Of a DNA stretch of 64,000 nt, positions 1 through 10,095 are shown piece by piece. The DNA is from Thermoplasmatota archaeon (lineage in GTDB: Archaea; Thermoplasmatota; Thermoplasmata; UBA10834). The notes below the pieces were generated by a model that ran no database searches, was not told where the DNA came from, and saw only the letters and a list, made by a program, of their open reading frames with translations. Position 1 is the stretch's first letter. The number at the start of each line of letters is the position of its first letter. The position numbers were made by a program, and so were the translations under genes. The stretch is taken from NCBI GenBank assembly GCA_040751795.1, contig JBFMHR010000005.1, forward strand, positions 192,001 to 256,000. The letters run 5' to 3'.

Positions 1-1
1 G

Positions 2-3000
2 ATGGTCATCTACACAGAGCTGTACGACGGCGTCGGGGACTTCATCTACTCGATGTACTCGTACCCGGCGATCCCGGCGGGCTCCCAGACGGCCGAGGTG
101 CAGTTCTCCGGCGAGGACGTGTACTCGTCCCTCGACGACGGGCCGTACCAGGTCTACATCGTGCTCTTGGACGAGGAATGGCGCTTCCTGGACTCCGGCA
201 GCTACTTCACCGACCCGTACCTCTACACGGAGTTCGACCCGCCCGCGGCCCTCTTCGTCCCGCCCTACTCCGACTACGCGAGGGACGACGACGGGAACGG
301 GCTGTACGACTTCCTGGTCGTCAACACGACCATCGAGGTACACGAGCCGGGGTACTACAGCGTCATGGCTGACCTGTACGACGAGTACAACTGGGACTTC
401 ATCGGGTACGTCGAGAATGGGTCGTACTTCACCGCGGGCGTCTACGACGTGCAGCTCCTGTTCCAGGCGATGCCGATCAACCAGTCGATCCTGGACTACT
501 ACTGCTACGTGGGCCTCGACCTGGTGCGCGACAACTCGACCAACGTGGACTCCGACTACTACTACACGGCCTACTACCTGTACTCGGACTTCGAGGGTCC
601 GGGCGCGTCGTTCGTCACGCCGTTCAGCGACGCCGCGGCCGACACCGACGGCGACTGGTACTACAACCACGTCGACGTGACCCTGTACCTCGAGTGCTTC
701 GTGACGGGCCTCTACGACCTCGAGATCTCCGTCCTGGATCCGTCGTGGGACGACTTCATGGCCGTCCACGAGACCGTCAGCCTGACCGCCGGCCTGACAG
801 TCTCCTACACCTTCCAGCTCGACGGCGACGACATCAGGGAGAACGGCATCTCGGGAGAGTACTACACCGAGATGTACCTGTACTCGAACGCGACGGGCGT
901 GGAGCAGGACCACGAGTACTACTACACCGGATACTACTACTACAGCGACTTCGACCCCGTCGGCCTGTACTTCGACTACTGCGACGACTTCGGCCGCGAC
1001 CTCGACTCGGACGGGTACTACGACGAGCTCGTGGTGGTGGCGTACATCTACCCGTACTCCACCGGCGACTTCTACGTGACGGCGTACATCGAGGACTACT
1101 GGTACGACTACGTCAAGACCGTGGACGAGGTCATATCGGTCGTGGAGGGCGTGACATACGAGTGGGAGATCACCCTCTCCGCGTACGAGGTCCTGACCAA
1201 CGACCAGGACGGCTACTACTACCTGTACCTCGAGGCCTGGGACGTGGACGAGACCTACCAGTACGACTACACGGACTACTGGACCTCGTACTACTACCTC
1301 GACTACTTCGACCCGATAGGCGCGTTCTTCCTGCCGCCCTACGACGACTACGGCAGGGACGACGACTCCGACGGCTACTTCGACTACCTCGTGGTGGAGC
1401 TCTGGGTCAACGCCTCGACCGAGGGCTACTACGATATCGAGGTCGAGATCTACGGCCCAGGGTACTGGTACTACGACACGCTCTGGTTCGAGCTGTACCT
1501 CTACGAGGGCGACCCGGTGGAGGTGCTGGTGGAGATACCCGCCGCATCGGTCTGGTCCGGGGGCTCCGACGGCTACTGGTACCTGTACATGTACACCTAC
1601 GACCACTACACCTCGACGCAGTTCGACGACGACTCGTACACGACGGACTACTACTCCACCTCGTCCTTCGACTCCCCGGCCGTCCAGTTCGACCCGCCCC
1701 ACAACGACTACGGCCTCGACACGGACTCCGACGGGTACTACGACTACCTGATGTTCGAGATCGAGCTCGACTGCTATGAGGCGGGGACGTACACCGTCTT
1801 CATGGACCTGTACTACTACGGCACCTACATCACCAGCCTCTGGTCGACCGAGAGCATGTCCGTCGGGAACGAGGACGTGGACTTCGCCGTCGAGGGCTGG
1901 CTCCTCTACTACTTCGGCGTGAGCGGGTACTACAGCGCCGACCTGTGGGTCGAGGACTCCGAGGGCAACGTGCTCGACTACGACTACATCGACTACACGG
2001 TCAACTACTACTACTCCTGGGACTTCGAGGGCGTCCCGGCGTGGTTCTCCCCGCCGCACAGCGACCAGGCGGTGGACGAGGACTCCGACTCGCTCTACGA
2101 CTACCTCCAGGTGAACGTGTCCGTGGAGGTCGACGTCGCGGGCGACTACGTCGTCACGGCCCTCCTGTACGACGACTGGTGGAACCCCGTGCACACCGCG
2201 ACGGCGTCCGCGTACCTCGGCACGGGCGTGCACGAGCTGCAGCTGTTCTTCGACGCGTGGGTCGTCACGATGGCGTCCAGCGACCCGTACTACGTCTACC
2301 TCGAGCTGTACGACGAGAACGGGAACGCGATGGACTCGGACAGCTTCTACCTCGGCGCCTACGACCAGGCAGACTTCGACCCGGCCATGCCGACCATCGA
2401 GTCCGTGTGGGCGTACGACGCCCCCGACGTGGACGGCGAGGTCGGCGCTGACGAGTGGTTCGGCGCGGTCCCGGTCGACCTGCTGGCCGCGGACGGGATG
2501 AACGAGGTCCAGGCGACGGTGTACGTGCTCAACGACGGCGAGATGCTGTACATCCTGATCGACGCCACGGGCGACCTCACGGAGACCGAGGGCGACATGG
2601 CGGCCGTCGCGTTCGACACCGCCAACGACGAGACGGAGACGGACGGCGGGGACGACCAGTTCAGCCTCGAGGCCGGCGCCTCCGTGACATACACGGAACA
2701 CCTGGTGTACGATGACATGTACGGCGGCTGGGTCTCGGACTGCGCGCCGTTCGACGAGCTGCTCGCAGACCACGACGGGCTCGAGGGCGCGGCGGGCTTC
2801 GCCGCGACGCCGGCCCTCGCCGCCCCGCACAGGGTGTACGAGCTGAGCATCCCGCTCGCGCTCCTCGGCGTGGCCCCGGGCGACACCCTGGGCCTCGGCG
2901 GGTTCTGCGAGTACTCCCCGATGGTCTGGGACCTGGAGGACTACTCCTACAGCACCTGGCCCGTCCACTTCGAGGACGTGCCCGCGCAGAGCATGTACGG

Positions 3001-3967
3001 TGACCTCGTCCTGTCGGAGGAGCCGCCCCTGACGACCGTCGAGCTGGACGGCACCGCGGGCGAGGCGGGCTGGTACGTGTCGGCCGTCGAGGTGACGCTC
3101 ACCGCCACCGGCGGCACCGGCGGCGTGGCCAACACCTCCTACAACATCGACGGGGCCGGCTGGCTGACCTACGAGGACCCCTTCGTGATCGACGACGACG
3201 GCCTGCACACGGTGCAGTTCTACTCCATAGACATGGGCGGCAACGAGGAGCCGGTGAGGTCCGTCCAGGTCATGGTGGACACGGTCGCGCCCGTGACGAG
3301 CGCCTCCGCGGAGGGCACCGTCGGCCTGGCCGATTGGATCACCAGCGCCGCCACGGTCGAGTTCGACGTGTCCGAGGCGTCATCCGGCGTCGCGGTCACG
3401 ATGTACAGGCTCGACGGCGGCGACTGGACCGAGCTGACGGGCTCGAGCATCGAGGTCTCCGAGGACGGCGAGCACACGGTGGAGTTCTACTCCGTCGACG
3501 TCGCGGGCCACGAGGAGGCCGCGTCCAGCATCGACTTCAAGGTCGACGCCAGCGGACCTGAGACGGCCTGCACGGTGGACGGATCGACCGTCACCCTGTC
3601 CCCCCTGGACAACGCGAGCGGCGTCGCCGCCACCTGGTACCGCATAGACGGCGGCGAGTGGATGGCCTACGCGAACCCGTTCGAGGTCTCAGGCGAGGGC
3701 ATGCACACCGTGGAGTACTACTCCGTCGACGCGGCGGGCAACAACGAGACCGCCGCCTCGGTGCAGGTCGAGGGCAAGGCCGCAGGGCTCCTGGGCGTGG
3801 ACACCTGGATATGGGCCGTGCTCATACTCGTGGTGGTGGCCGTGGTGGCCATGCTGCTCTTCCTCCTCATGAGGAGGAGGCCCGCGCAGCCGATGCAGAT
3901 GGTCCCCGGCGAGGCGGTCGTGCAGCAGCCGGCCTTCGAGGAGCCCCCGCCGCCACCGGCGCAGTAG
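2..3967 (+). CDS. Large Tyr/Asp-rich surface protein, 5'-truncated by the window: ~119-aa repeats with DxDxD(G) loops, a CBM9/DOMON-like domain, OmpL47-like Ig repeats and a C-terminal TM anchor
   Basis: At least 6 repeats of F.PP(Y/H).D...D.D.DG.YD.L; APDVDGEVGADEW...VYVLNDGEMLYILIDA; three Y.IDG..W..Y..PF...G.HTV.(F/Y)YS.D..GN.E units; TM followed by RRR and a Pro-rich tail. Confidence 0.85.
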   Translation: MVIYTELYDGVGDFIYSMYSYPAIPAGSQTAEVQFSGEDVYSSLDDGPYQVYIVLLDEEWRFLDSGSYFTDPYLYTEFDPPAALFVPPYSDYARDDDGNGLYDFLVVNTTIEVHEPGYYSVMADLYDEYNWDFIGYVENGSYFTAGVYDVQLLFQAMPINQSILDYYCYVGLDLVRDNSTNVDSDYYYTAYYLYSDFEGPGASFVTPFSDAAADTDGDWYYNHVDVTLYLECFVTGLYDLEISVLDPSWDDFMAVHETVSLTAGLTVSYTFQLDGDDIRENGISGEYYTEMYLYSNATGVEQDHEYYYTGYYYYSDFDPVGLYFDYCDDFGRDLDSDGYYDELVVVAYIYPYSTGDFYVTAYIEDYWYDYVKTVDEVISVVEGVTYEWEITLSAYEVLTNDQDGYYYLYLEAWDVDETYQYDYTDYWTSYYYLDYFDPIGAFFLPPYDDYGRDDDSDGYFDYLVVELWVNASTEGYYDIEVEIYGPGYWYYDTLWFELYLYEGDPVEVLVEIPAASVWSGGSDGYWYLYMYTYDHYTSTQFDDDSYTTDYYSTSSFDSPAVQFDPPHNDYGLDTDSDGYYDYLMFEIELDCYEAGTYTVFMDLYYYGTYITSLWSTESMSVGNEDVDFAVEGWLLYYFGVSGYYSADLWVEDSEGNVLDYDYIDYTVNYYYSWDFEGVPAWFSPPHSDQAVDEDSDSLYDYLQVNVSVEVDVAGDYVVTALLYDDWWNPVHTATASAYLGTGVHELQLFFDAWVVTMASSDPYYVYLELYDENGNAMDSDSFYLGAYDQADFDPAMPTIESVWAYDAPDVDGEVGADEWFGAVPVDLLAADGMNEVQATVYVLNDGEMLYILIDATGDLTETEGDMAAVAFDTANDETETDGGDDQFSLEAGASVTYTEHLVYDDMYGGWVSDCAPFDELLADHDGLEGAAGFAATPALAAPHRVYELSIPLALLGVAPGDTLGLGGFCEYSPMVWDLEDYSYSTWPVHFEDVPAQSMYGDLVLSEEPPLTTVELDGTAGEAGWYVSAVEVTLTATGGTGGVANTSYNIDGAGWLTYEDPFVIDDDGLHTVQFYSIDMGGNEEPVRSVQVMVDTVAPVTSASAEGTVGLADWITSAATVEFDVSEASSGVAVTMYRLDGGDWTELTGSSIEVSEDGEHTVEFYSVDVAGHEEAASSIDFKVDASGPETACTVDGSTVTLSPLDNASGVAATWYRIDGGEWMAYANPFEVSGEGMHTVEYYSVDAAGNNETAASVQVEGKAAGLLGVDTWIWAVLILVVVAVVAMLLFLLMRRRPAQPMQMVPGEAVVQQPAFEEPPPPPAQ
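250..2390 (+). repeat. Protein-level tandem repeat (~357 bp, ~119 aa period) within the first CDS
   Basis: Repeat starts near 255, 610, 965, 1325, 1685 and 2045; DNA is diverged while the amino-acid motif is kept. Confidence 0.8.
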
Positions 3968-3986
3968 GCGGAACGCAAACCCCAAC

Positions 3987-4019
3987 CGGGGCGGGCGGCG
4001 CTTGGCCGCCCTCGCCCCG
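3987..4019 (+). terminator. GC-rich hairpin after the first CDS, probable terminator or mRNA-stabilising stem
   Basis: CGGGGCG/CGCCCCG and GGCGGC/GCCGCC stems, followed by pyrimidine-rich TTCTCATTTCCC. Confidence 0.45.
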
Positions 4020-4119
4020 AGGTTCTCATTTCCCTCGCGCTCAGAGGGCTCTCCCGGGGCCGGCCCGGGGAACCTTGAAATACGGACACACTGTACATGC
4101 CGGGGAGGATGGTGCTCTC

Positions 4120-4938
4120 TTGTTCCGGGTGGCCAGGTCCCTGTCCGCGTCGCTCCTTCTCGCGTCGATGGCGTGCTTTGTCTTGATAGGCCCTGCCGCG
4201 GGCCAGGACGTCGAGGCGCCGGCCGTGGTTGTCACCGTCGACGGCATCGAGGGGGAGGACGGGTGGTACACCTCCCCTGTGGAGGTCACCGTGAGCGCGT
4301 CGGACAGCGGTTCGGGCGTCGCGACGGTCGAGTACAGGATCGAGGGCGTGACCGACTGGACGGCGTACGTCTGGCCGTTCGAAATCGCCTCGGATGGCGA
4401 ATGGGTCGTCGAGGCGAGGGCCTACGACAACGAGGGGAACGTGGGCGAGGACGATTCGCCTGTGCGGATCGACGGTACCGCCCCTGTGACCTCGTCCGCG
4501 GCCGAGGGCCCGGTCGTGAACCTCACGGCGGCGGACGGGACGAGCGGCGTCTACGCGACGTGGTACCGCGTCGACGGCGGGGACTGGACCCTGTACGACG
4601 GCCCGTTCGAAATCGCCGGCGAGGGGAACCACTCCCTGGAGTACTGGTCCGTGGACGCCGCGGGCAACCAGGAGCCGGTCGAGGAGCGCCAGGTCGAGGT
4701 GATAAGGACCGAGTCGGCGTTCAACCTGGAGTGGTGGATGGTCGTCCTCGTGGGGCTGCTGCTCCTGATGATCGCTCTCGGGAAGATCTTCGGCATGCGC
4801 AGGAAGGCGAAGGAGTCGGACGCCCGCTCGGCCGTCAAGGACATAGGCACCGCGATGTCGCAGATGATGGAAGACGTCCCCCAGAAGCCGCCGGCGGACA
4901 AGCCCCCGGCCGACATCGGGCCTCCGAAGCCCAAGTAG
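4120..4938 (+). CDS. Secreted, membrane-anchored protein with two OmpL47-like Ig repeats
   Basis: TTG start after GGAGG; signal peptide; EYRIEG..W..Y..PF and WYRVDGGDW..Y.GPF...LEYWSVDAAGNQE repeats like those in the upstream gene; C-terminal TM. Confidence 0.8.
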   Translation: MFRVARSLSASLLLASMACFVLIGPAAGQDVEAPAVVVTVDGIEGEDGWYTSPVEVTVSASDSGSGVATVEYRIEGVTDWTAYVWPFEIASDGEWVVEARAYDNEGNVGEDDSPVRIDGTAPVTSSAAEGPVVNLTAADGTSGVYATWYRVDGGDWTLYDGPFEIAGEGNHSLEYWSVDAAGNQEPVEERQVEVIRTESAFNLEWWMVVLVGLLLLMIALGKIFGMRRKAKESDARSAVKDIGTAMSQMMEDVPQKPPADKPPADIGPPKPK

Positions 4939-4949
4939 GGCCGCTCCGC

Positions 4950-7900
4950 TCACTCCGGCAGCGCGGCGTCGCCGCCGTCCTTGCGGGCGGGGCCGTTCAG
5001 GCCCCTGCCGCGCCTGCTGTTCTCCCTGACGAAGGACTGCAGGAGCATCCCGACGCCGGCGAAGTCCGTGTCTATGTCGCCCGTCCAGTTCTCTATCCTC
5101 TTGCGGTAGATCTTCTCCACCTTGGCCAGGAACCCGGCCATCCTATCCTCGATCGCCTCGGGCGCGTCGCCCTCGTAGACGACGGCCATGTATGTCGTCC
5201 TGCCCCTCCTCACCAGGACCTTGTAGTGCTCGAAGCCGAAGCTCCTCAGCCCGTCCTGGGTCTTCGCCATCGAGTCCTCGACGAAGTTCAGCACGGCCGT
5301 CAGCATCCCGCTCAGGACGTCCTCGTCCACCTCGCCCTTGACCTTCTCGGCGGCCCTCCCGATGAGGAAGCCGTCGTTGTGTATGAGCATGATGTCCCTG
5401 ACCACGAAGGGCTCCTTCCTGAACCTGATCGCGACCGCGAACGAGCCCGCCGCGACGCCGGCCATGGCCAGCATCCCGACCATGAACCACGCGTCCTCGC
5501 CTCCGCCCTCCGCCCTGACGACCGTCACCGTGAGGGTGTCGGTGTCGCGCAGCCCGTCGGGGTCCGAGGCCGTCACGGCGATGCTCACGGTCCTGCTCTG
5601 CTCCCCGTCCGCCAGGAAGTCCCCCGGGAAGTGGAGGAGCAGCACACCCTCGAGCACCGTGGCGTAGGCGCCGTGGTCGCCGGAGAGGGTGAATGTCAGG
5701 CCCTGCTCGTGCCTGTCGGGGTCGACCGCGCTCTCCCTGAGGTCCACCGCGACCTGCACGCCGACCGTGGCCTCGACCCCCTCCTCGAAGTCCAGCGAGG
5801 GGGCGTCGGGCACGGACTGCACGGTGAGCTCCGCCATCGACTCGACGAGCGCCCCGCCGGGGTCCGTGGCCCTCACCACGAACCACAGGTTGCCGTTCCA
5901 GTTGGCCTCGGTGGAGAACACGACGGTCCAGGCCCCCTGCGCGTCCTCCGAGGCGGCGGCAGAGACGGCGTCTTCCACGGCGAACACGGTGAACGTGAGG
6001 TCCTCCCCGTCCGCGTCGTCGAAGTAGGACCTGAGGTCCCCGCTCGACGGGTAGGGCATCGGGACGTCCTCCTGGAATGAGTGCATGGGCAGGGCGGCCG
6101 ACGAGGGCGGGGTGTTGTCCCCGACGGAGACCTCGATGGCCCAGCTGTCCGAGAGCTCCCCGTCGCTGACCGTGATCCCGAGGTACACCACCTGGCCGAC
6201 CATCTCCGCGGGGTAGAGCAGCGTCAGGACCATGCCGGCGGGCACGGCGTGGGCGTCGTCGGTCGCGACGTGCAGGTCGTCGAGGTCGTTGTCCGGGTCC
6301 GAGACGTACCAGGTGAGGTCGAACTCGAACCCGAGGTCGTGCATGACCCGGAGGTCCGGCACCCCCTCGATCACAGGGGCCTGGTTGACCCTGTGGACGA
6401 CGATGGTGCCCACGCTCTCGACCCTCGCCCCGGAGGCGTCCGTCGCGCTGAATATGATGTAGTCGCTCCCGTACCAGTCCATCGGGGCGAAGATGCTGAC
6501 TATGTTGCCGGCGCTGATGTTGATGAGCACGTGGGTGTAGCCGTAGGTGAAGAACAGCTCGTCCCCGTCCGGGTCGACGAAGTAGTCGTCCAGGTCGAAG
6601 ACGTCCACGCGGGTCTCGCCCTGGTACATGTCGACGTCGGGGACGGCGTCTATGGCGACGGGGACGTTGTTGTCCGAGACGGTGACCTGGACGACGGTCG
6701 ACGCCGTGGCGCTCCCGTCGCTCACCGTGACGACGACCGCCTGGTCCGTCCCGTTGAGCTCCTGGGGGTACAGCATGTGCAGCGCCAGCCCTTCAGCGGA
6801 GACGTGGGCGGAGCTCGCGTCGTCCACCGACAGGGAGAGGTCCCCCTCGTCGTCGTCGACGTCGTGGACGTAGTACCGCATGTTGTAGACGTAGAGGACC
6901 CCGTAGCGGACCTCCAGCGGCTCCACGGCGTCCACGGTCGGCCAGTCGTTCACCGCTATCACGTGGACGGTGAGGTTGGTGCTCGCCGACAGCCCGTCGG
7001 GGTCGACGACGTGCAGGCCCAGGACGTCGGTGCCCGAGAGGTCCTGCTTGGTGCTGAGGGTGAGGGTGAGGTACCCCGTCCTGTTCTCGCCGCTGACCTG
7101 GACGACGGCGTCGTTGGTGACGTACCACCTGAGCTCGCTGTCCAGGTGCACCGAGTCCTGGACGTAGGGCGACAGGTCGATCGTCCACGAGCCTGAGTCC
7201 TCGTACTTGAGCTGGTCCGGGACGCTCTGTACGAACGTCGGCGCGTTCGCCGTGTGGGTCACGGTGAGGTGGAGCGACGCCTGCAGGCCCCCTGCGCTCA
7301 CGCGCAGGTACCCGTCCGAACCGGCCTCGCCCACGTACAGCCTGACCGAGGAGCCGTTGTGCCTGTTCAGGGAGCCCAGCTCGGGGTCGACCTCCCAGAG
7401 GAACTCCAGGTCGGTGACCGGGTTGTCGAAGTCGTCGGTCGCGAGGGCGGTGAAGGTCTGCTCGGAGTCCTCGGGGACGAAGGACGGGGCCGGGGTGATC
7501 GTCAGCTCGGATGCTGGTGCGGGGGTGACGGTGATGGGCGTGCTGAGGCCGTACGCCCCCTGCGCCTCGGCCACGATGATGATCGTCTCCGCCTCGGTGC
7601 AGGCCTCGTTGGGCACGGTGACAGAACCGCCGGTGGTGATGTAGGCCGAGGTGACCGCGAGCTCGGTGTCGATGTCGTCGGGCGAGCCGGAGTCCACGGC
7701 GGTGAGCTCCACGGGCCCGGTCCAGTGGACCATGGTCGTGTTGGACCCGTCCTTGACATAGACCGTGACCGGGAAGGTCTCACCCGCCACCGCGGTCTCG
7801 GGCACGACGACGACCAGGTATGAGACCGCCGTGCCGTGCATCGCGGAGACAGAGTGGACCCTCGGCGTGGAGAGGGTGTCGAAGGTCTGCAATGATGCCC

Positions 7901-9908
7901 GCACCCTGAGCTGCGGCTCCGCGGACGCGATCGAGTAGGAGCCGCCGGAGCCGGCGAGGGTCCAGGTGTCGCCGTTGTCGAGGGAGTAGCTGTACCGCAC
8001 CAGCCCGCGGTCGTCCGTCTCGTCCGTCGTGAGCGTGTACCACATGCTGAAGTCCGAGGCAAGGTAGTCCTCCGTCTCCACGGTCCCGCTCGGGGAGTAC
8101 CGCTCGTACCAGCAGGTGAAGGCCGAGAACGCGGGGGTGTACCACTCCAGGTCGGTCGACATGTAGACCCTGTACTGCACATACCTCCCCTGCTCGCCGA
8201 CCGGGCAGGGGCTGGGGAGCACGTCCGCGAGCTCCCACTCCTCCCATGTCGGGTCCGTCGGGGAGGTCGAGTTGCCTACCCTTCCCCTCACCTCGACCGA
8301 AGGCGGGACCAGCGCCGAGACGGTGAAGTGGTCGAAGTCGGCGGCCGGCCTCGAGATGGTCAGGGAGAACAGGAACAGGCCGACGTCGACCCTCTGCATG
8401 AGGGCATCCGAGGCCGGGTCGTGGTGGACGAGGCCGAAGTCGGTCCCGTCCTGGCTGGCATGGAGCCACACGCCCGTGGAGTTGCGGACCGCCCTCAGGT
8501 GGGCCGTCTCGAGGTCCGCCCACGCCGACGTCGCGACCGTCGAGCTGGTGCCGTTGTGGCAGACCGCGGCCTGGACGGTCCCGGACGCGCCGGTGCCGAC
8601 CTTGGAGAGGTAGAGCCATTCCCTCGGGCCCTCGTAGATGAGGAGGCCCGCCCCCATGGAGCCCGTCGTGAACGCCTCGTCCACGAGCGTGGAAGCGCTG
8701 AAGTCGCCGGTGACCTCCTGGTGCAGGAAGTTGCACGAGACGGCGGTGTCGTCGATGGGCGAGTTGGGGGAGCCCAGGATGTGGACCCACCCCGGCCTGG
8801 TGACGCCGACGTCGCACGAGCCGCCCGAGAGGGCGGGGTCGTTGAGCCAGGTCCACTTCGGCAGGAGCGTCGTCCCGCCGAAGGCGTCGTCCAGGAGCGA
8901 GACCCCGGTGGCGGAGTACGATGCCGTGGTGAATGTCGCGTTCGTCCCAGGGCCGAGGTGCCTCGACTCGAGCACGCCTGTCCCGCCCTGGACCGTGTAG
9001 TTGACGACGAGCCTGGGGTTCTGCTCTGGCGCGTCGGTGTCGTCCGAGCTCTGGAAGGCCTTCTGGTTGTCCCCCGCGGCTGGGACCGGCACCAGCACGA
9101 GCCCGATATTGTCCGTGGGCGACCTCGCCCACCCCTCGGCCAGCTTCGAGACGTCGATGCCCATCCAGCCGACGACGTTGGCAGCGGTCTGCCTCCCGTA
9201 GGAGTAGGGGTCGTAGTCGCCCCCCGGGTTCGTCCACGTGGTGGACACGGTGCTCTTGGCCCAGCAGACCTCCGACTCGACGAAGCTCACGGTGAGCCTG
9301 TGCACGTCGAACTCGACGTCCACTCCCCGCGAGCCCTGCGTCTGGTAGAGCCAGAGGGTCGCGTCGTCGACCACCGCCTCGGTTGGGATGGCGGCGAGGT
9401 CGAACCAGAGCACGATGTGCATGCGCTTGTCGTCCTCGGAGTCCATCAGGAGGTTGCTCGAGGCGCCGAAGTTGTCGTTGACCCTGTTCTCCGACAGGTA
9501 CGAGTCGACCCCCTCCGTCCCGGGCTGCGTCGAGAAGAAGTGGCTGGACACCCGGTCGTCGACGACCACCTTCCCGGCGAAGGATGAGGTGTCCACGTTG
9601 GTCTCCGTCCCCGCCGAGTAGTCGGCGGAGTCATAGTCCCCGTCCGACTCGTTGAGCCAGCTCAGCGTCGCGTCGCCCCCCTGCAGCACTGTCCCGGAGA
9701 GCGTGTAGTCCGAGCCCTGGTCGAAGTCCCAGACGATCGACGTGGTGTCGTCGGGGTTGTCGATGACCGTCGGGTCGGAGGATGCGCCCTGGCCGATCAG
9801 GAGCAGGGACGACAGGAGCATGAGCGCGCAGGCGCAGAGGGCGGCGGGCGCCCTCGCCCCTGGGAGGGCGAGCTCGTCGGTGAAGTGACCGTGGTGAGGC
9901 GGTGACAT
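4950..9908 (-). CDS. Giant surface protein (DNRLRE-like, ConA/lectin-like and cadherin-like Ig domains) with TM and cytoplasmic longin/roadblock-like tail
   Basis: ATG at 9908 after GGCGAGGT; signal peptide; VDSYLSE...NFG...LWFDL..IP....DATLWLY; repeated DL..Y..D.D.D.L..; TM, then RDIMLIHNDGFLI...DEDVLSGMLTAVLNFVEDS. Confidence 0.8.
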   Translation of the reverse strand: MSPPHHGHFTDELALPGARAPAALCACALMLLSSLLLIGQGASSDPTVIDNPDDTTSIVWDFDQGSDYTLSGTVLQGGDATLSWLNESDGDYDSADYSAGTETNVDTSSFAGKVVVDDRVSSHFFSTQPGTEGVDSYLSENRVNDNFGASSNLLMDSEDDKRMHIVLWFDLAAIPTEAVVDDATLWLYQTQGSRGVDVEFDVHRLTVSFVESEVCWAKSTVSTTWTNPGGDYDPYSYGRQTAANVVGWMGIDVSKLAEGWARSPTDNIGLVLVPVPAAGDNQKAFQSSDDTDAPEQNPRLVVNYTVQGGTGVLESRHLGPGTNATFTTASYSATGVSLLDDAFGGTTLLPKWTWLNDPALSGGSCDVGVTRPGWVHILGSPNSPIDDTAVSCNFLHQEVTGDFSASTLVDEAFTTGSMGAGLLIYEGPREWLYLSKVGTGASGTVQAAVCHNGTSSTVATSAWADLETAHLRAVRNSTGVWLHASQDGTDFGLVHHDPASDALMQRVDVGLFLFSLTISRPAADFDHFTVSALVPPSVEVRGRVGNSTSPTDPTWEEWELADVLPSPCPVGEQGRYVQYRVYMSTDLEWYTPAFSAFTCWYERYSPSGTVETEDYLASDFSMWYTLTTDETDDRGLVRYSYSLDNGDTWTLAGSGGSYSIASAEPQLRVRASLQTFDTLSTPRVHSVSAMHGTAVSYLVVVVPETAVAGETFPVTVYVKDGSNTTMVHWTGPVELTAVDSGSPDDIDTELAVTSAYITTGGSVTVPNEACTEAETIIIVAEAQGAYGLSTPITVTPAPASELTITPAPSFVPEDSEQTFTALATDDFDNPVTDLEFLWEVDPELGSLNRHNGSSVRLYVGEAGSDGYLRVSAGGLQASLHLTVTHTANAPTFVQSVPDQLKYEDSGSWTIDLSPYVQDSVHLDSELRWYVTNDAVVQVSGENRTGYLTLTLSTKQDLSGTDVLGLHVVDPDGLSASTNLTVHVIAVNDWPTVDAVEPLEVRYGVLYVYNMRYYVHDVDDDEGDLSLSVDDASSAHVSAEGLALHMLYPQELNGTDQAVVVTVSDGSATASTVVQVTVSDNNVPVAIDAVPDVDMYQGETRVDVFDLDDYFVDPDGDELFFTYGYTHVLINISAGNIVSIFAPMDWYGSDYIIFSATDASGARVESVGTIVVHRVNQAPVIEGVPDLRVMHDLGFEFDLTWYVSDPDNDLDDLHVATDDAHAVPAGMVLTLLYPAEMVGQVVYLGITVSDGELSDSWAIEVSVGDNTPPSSAALPMHSFQEDVPMPYPSSGDLRSYFDDADGEDLTFTVFAVEDAVSAAASEDAQGAWTVVFSTEANWNGNLWFVVRATDPGGALVESMAELTVQSVPDAPSLDFEEGVEATVGVQVAVDLRESAVDPDRHEQGLTFTLSGDHGAYATVLEGVLLLHFPGDFLADGEQSRTVSIAVTASDPDGLRDTDTLTVTVVRAEGGGEDAWFMVGMLAMAGVAAGSFAVAIRFRKEPFVVRDIMLIHNDGFLIGRAAEKVKGEVDEDVLSGMLTAVLNFVEDSMAKTQDGLRSFGFEHYKVLVRRGRTTYMAVVYEGDAPEAIEDRMAGFLAKVEKIYRKRIENWTGDIDTDFAGVGMLLQSFVRENSRRGRGLNGPARKDGGDAALPE

Positions 9909-9962
9909 GGCTCTTCGGACCTCGCCTTCGGCGGGCCGTGGTTCATCAACTCGTGCCTGGGC

Positions 9963-10001
9963 TATATATACGGGCGACAGCAAGTTATCGGGAGTGATAA
10001 C
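9963..10001 (-). promoter_or_regulatory. TATA box plus upstream palindrome GTTATC-N6-GATAAC for the giant surface protein gene
   Basis: TATATATA at 9963-9970; inverted repeat at 9984-10001. Confidence 0.5.
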
Positions 10002-10095
10002 GGTCCTGGCCCTGAGGGCCATGCTGAGGCGCGGGGCCCCGCCAGTGCCAGCTCCCGGGCCCCTGCGGCAGGTTGAAATACGGCCTGCGCCCCGG

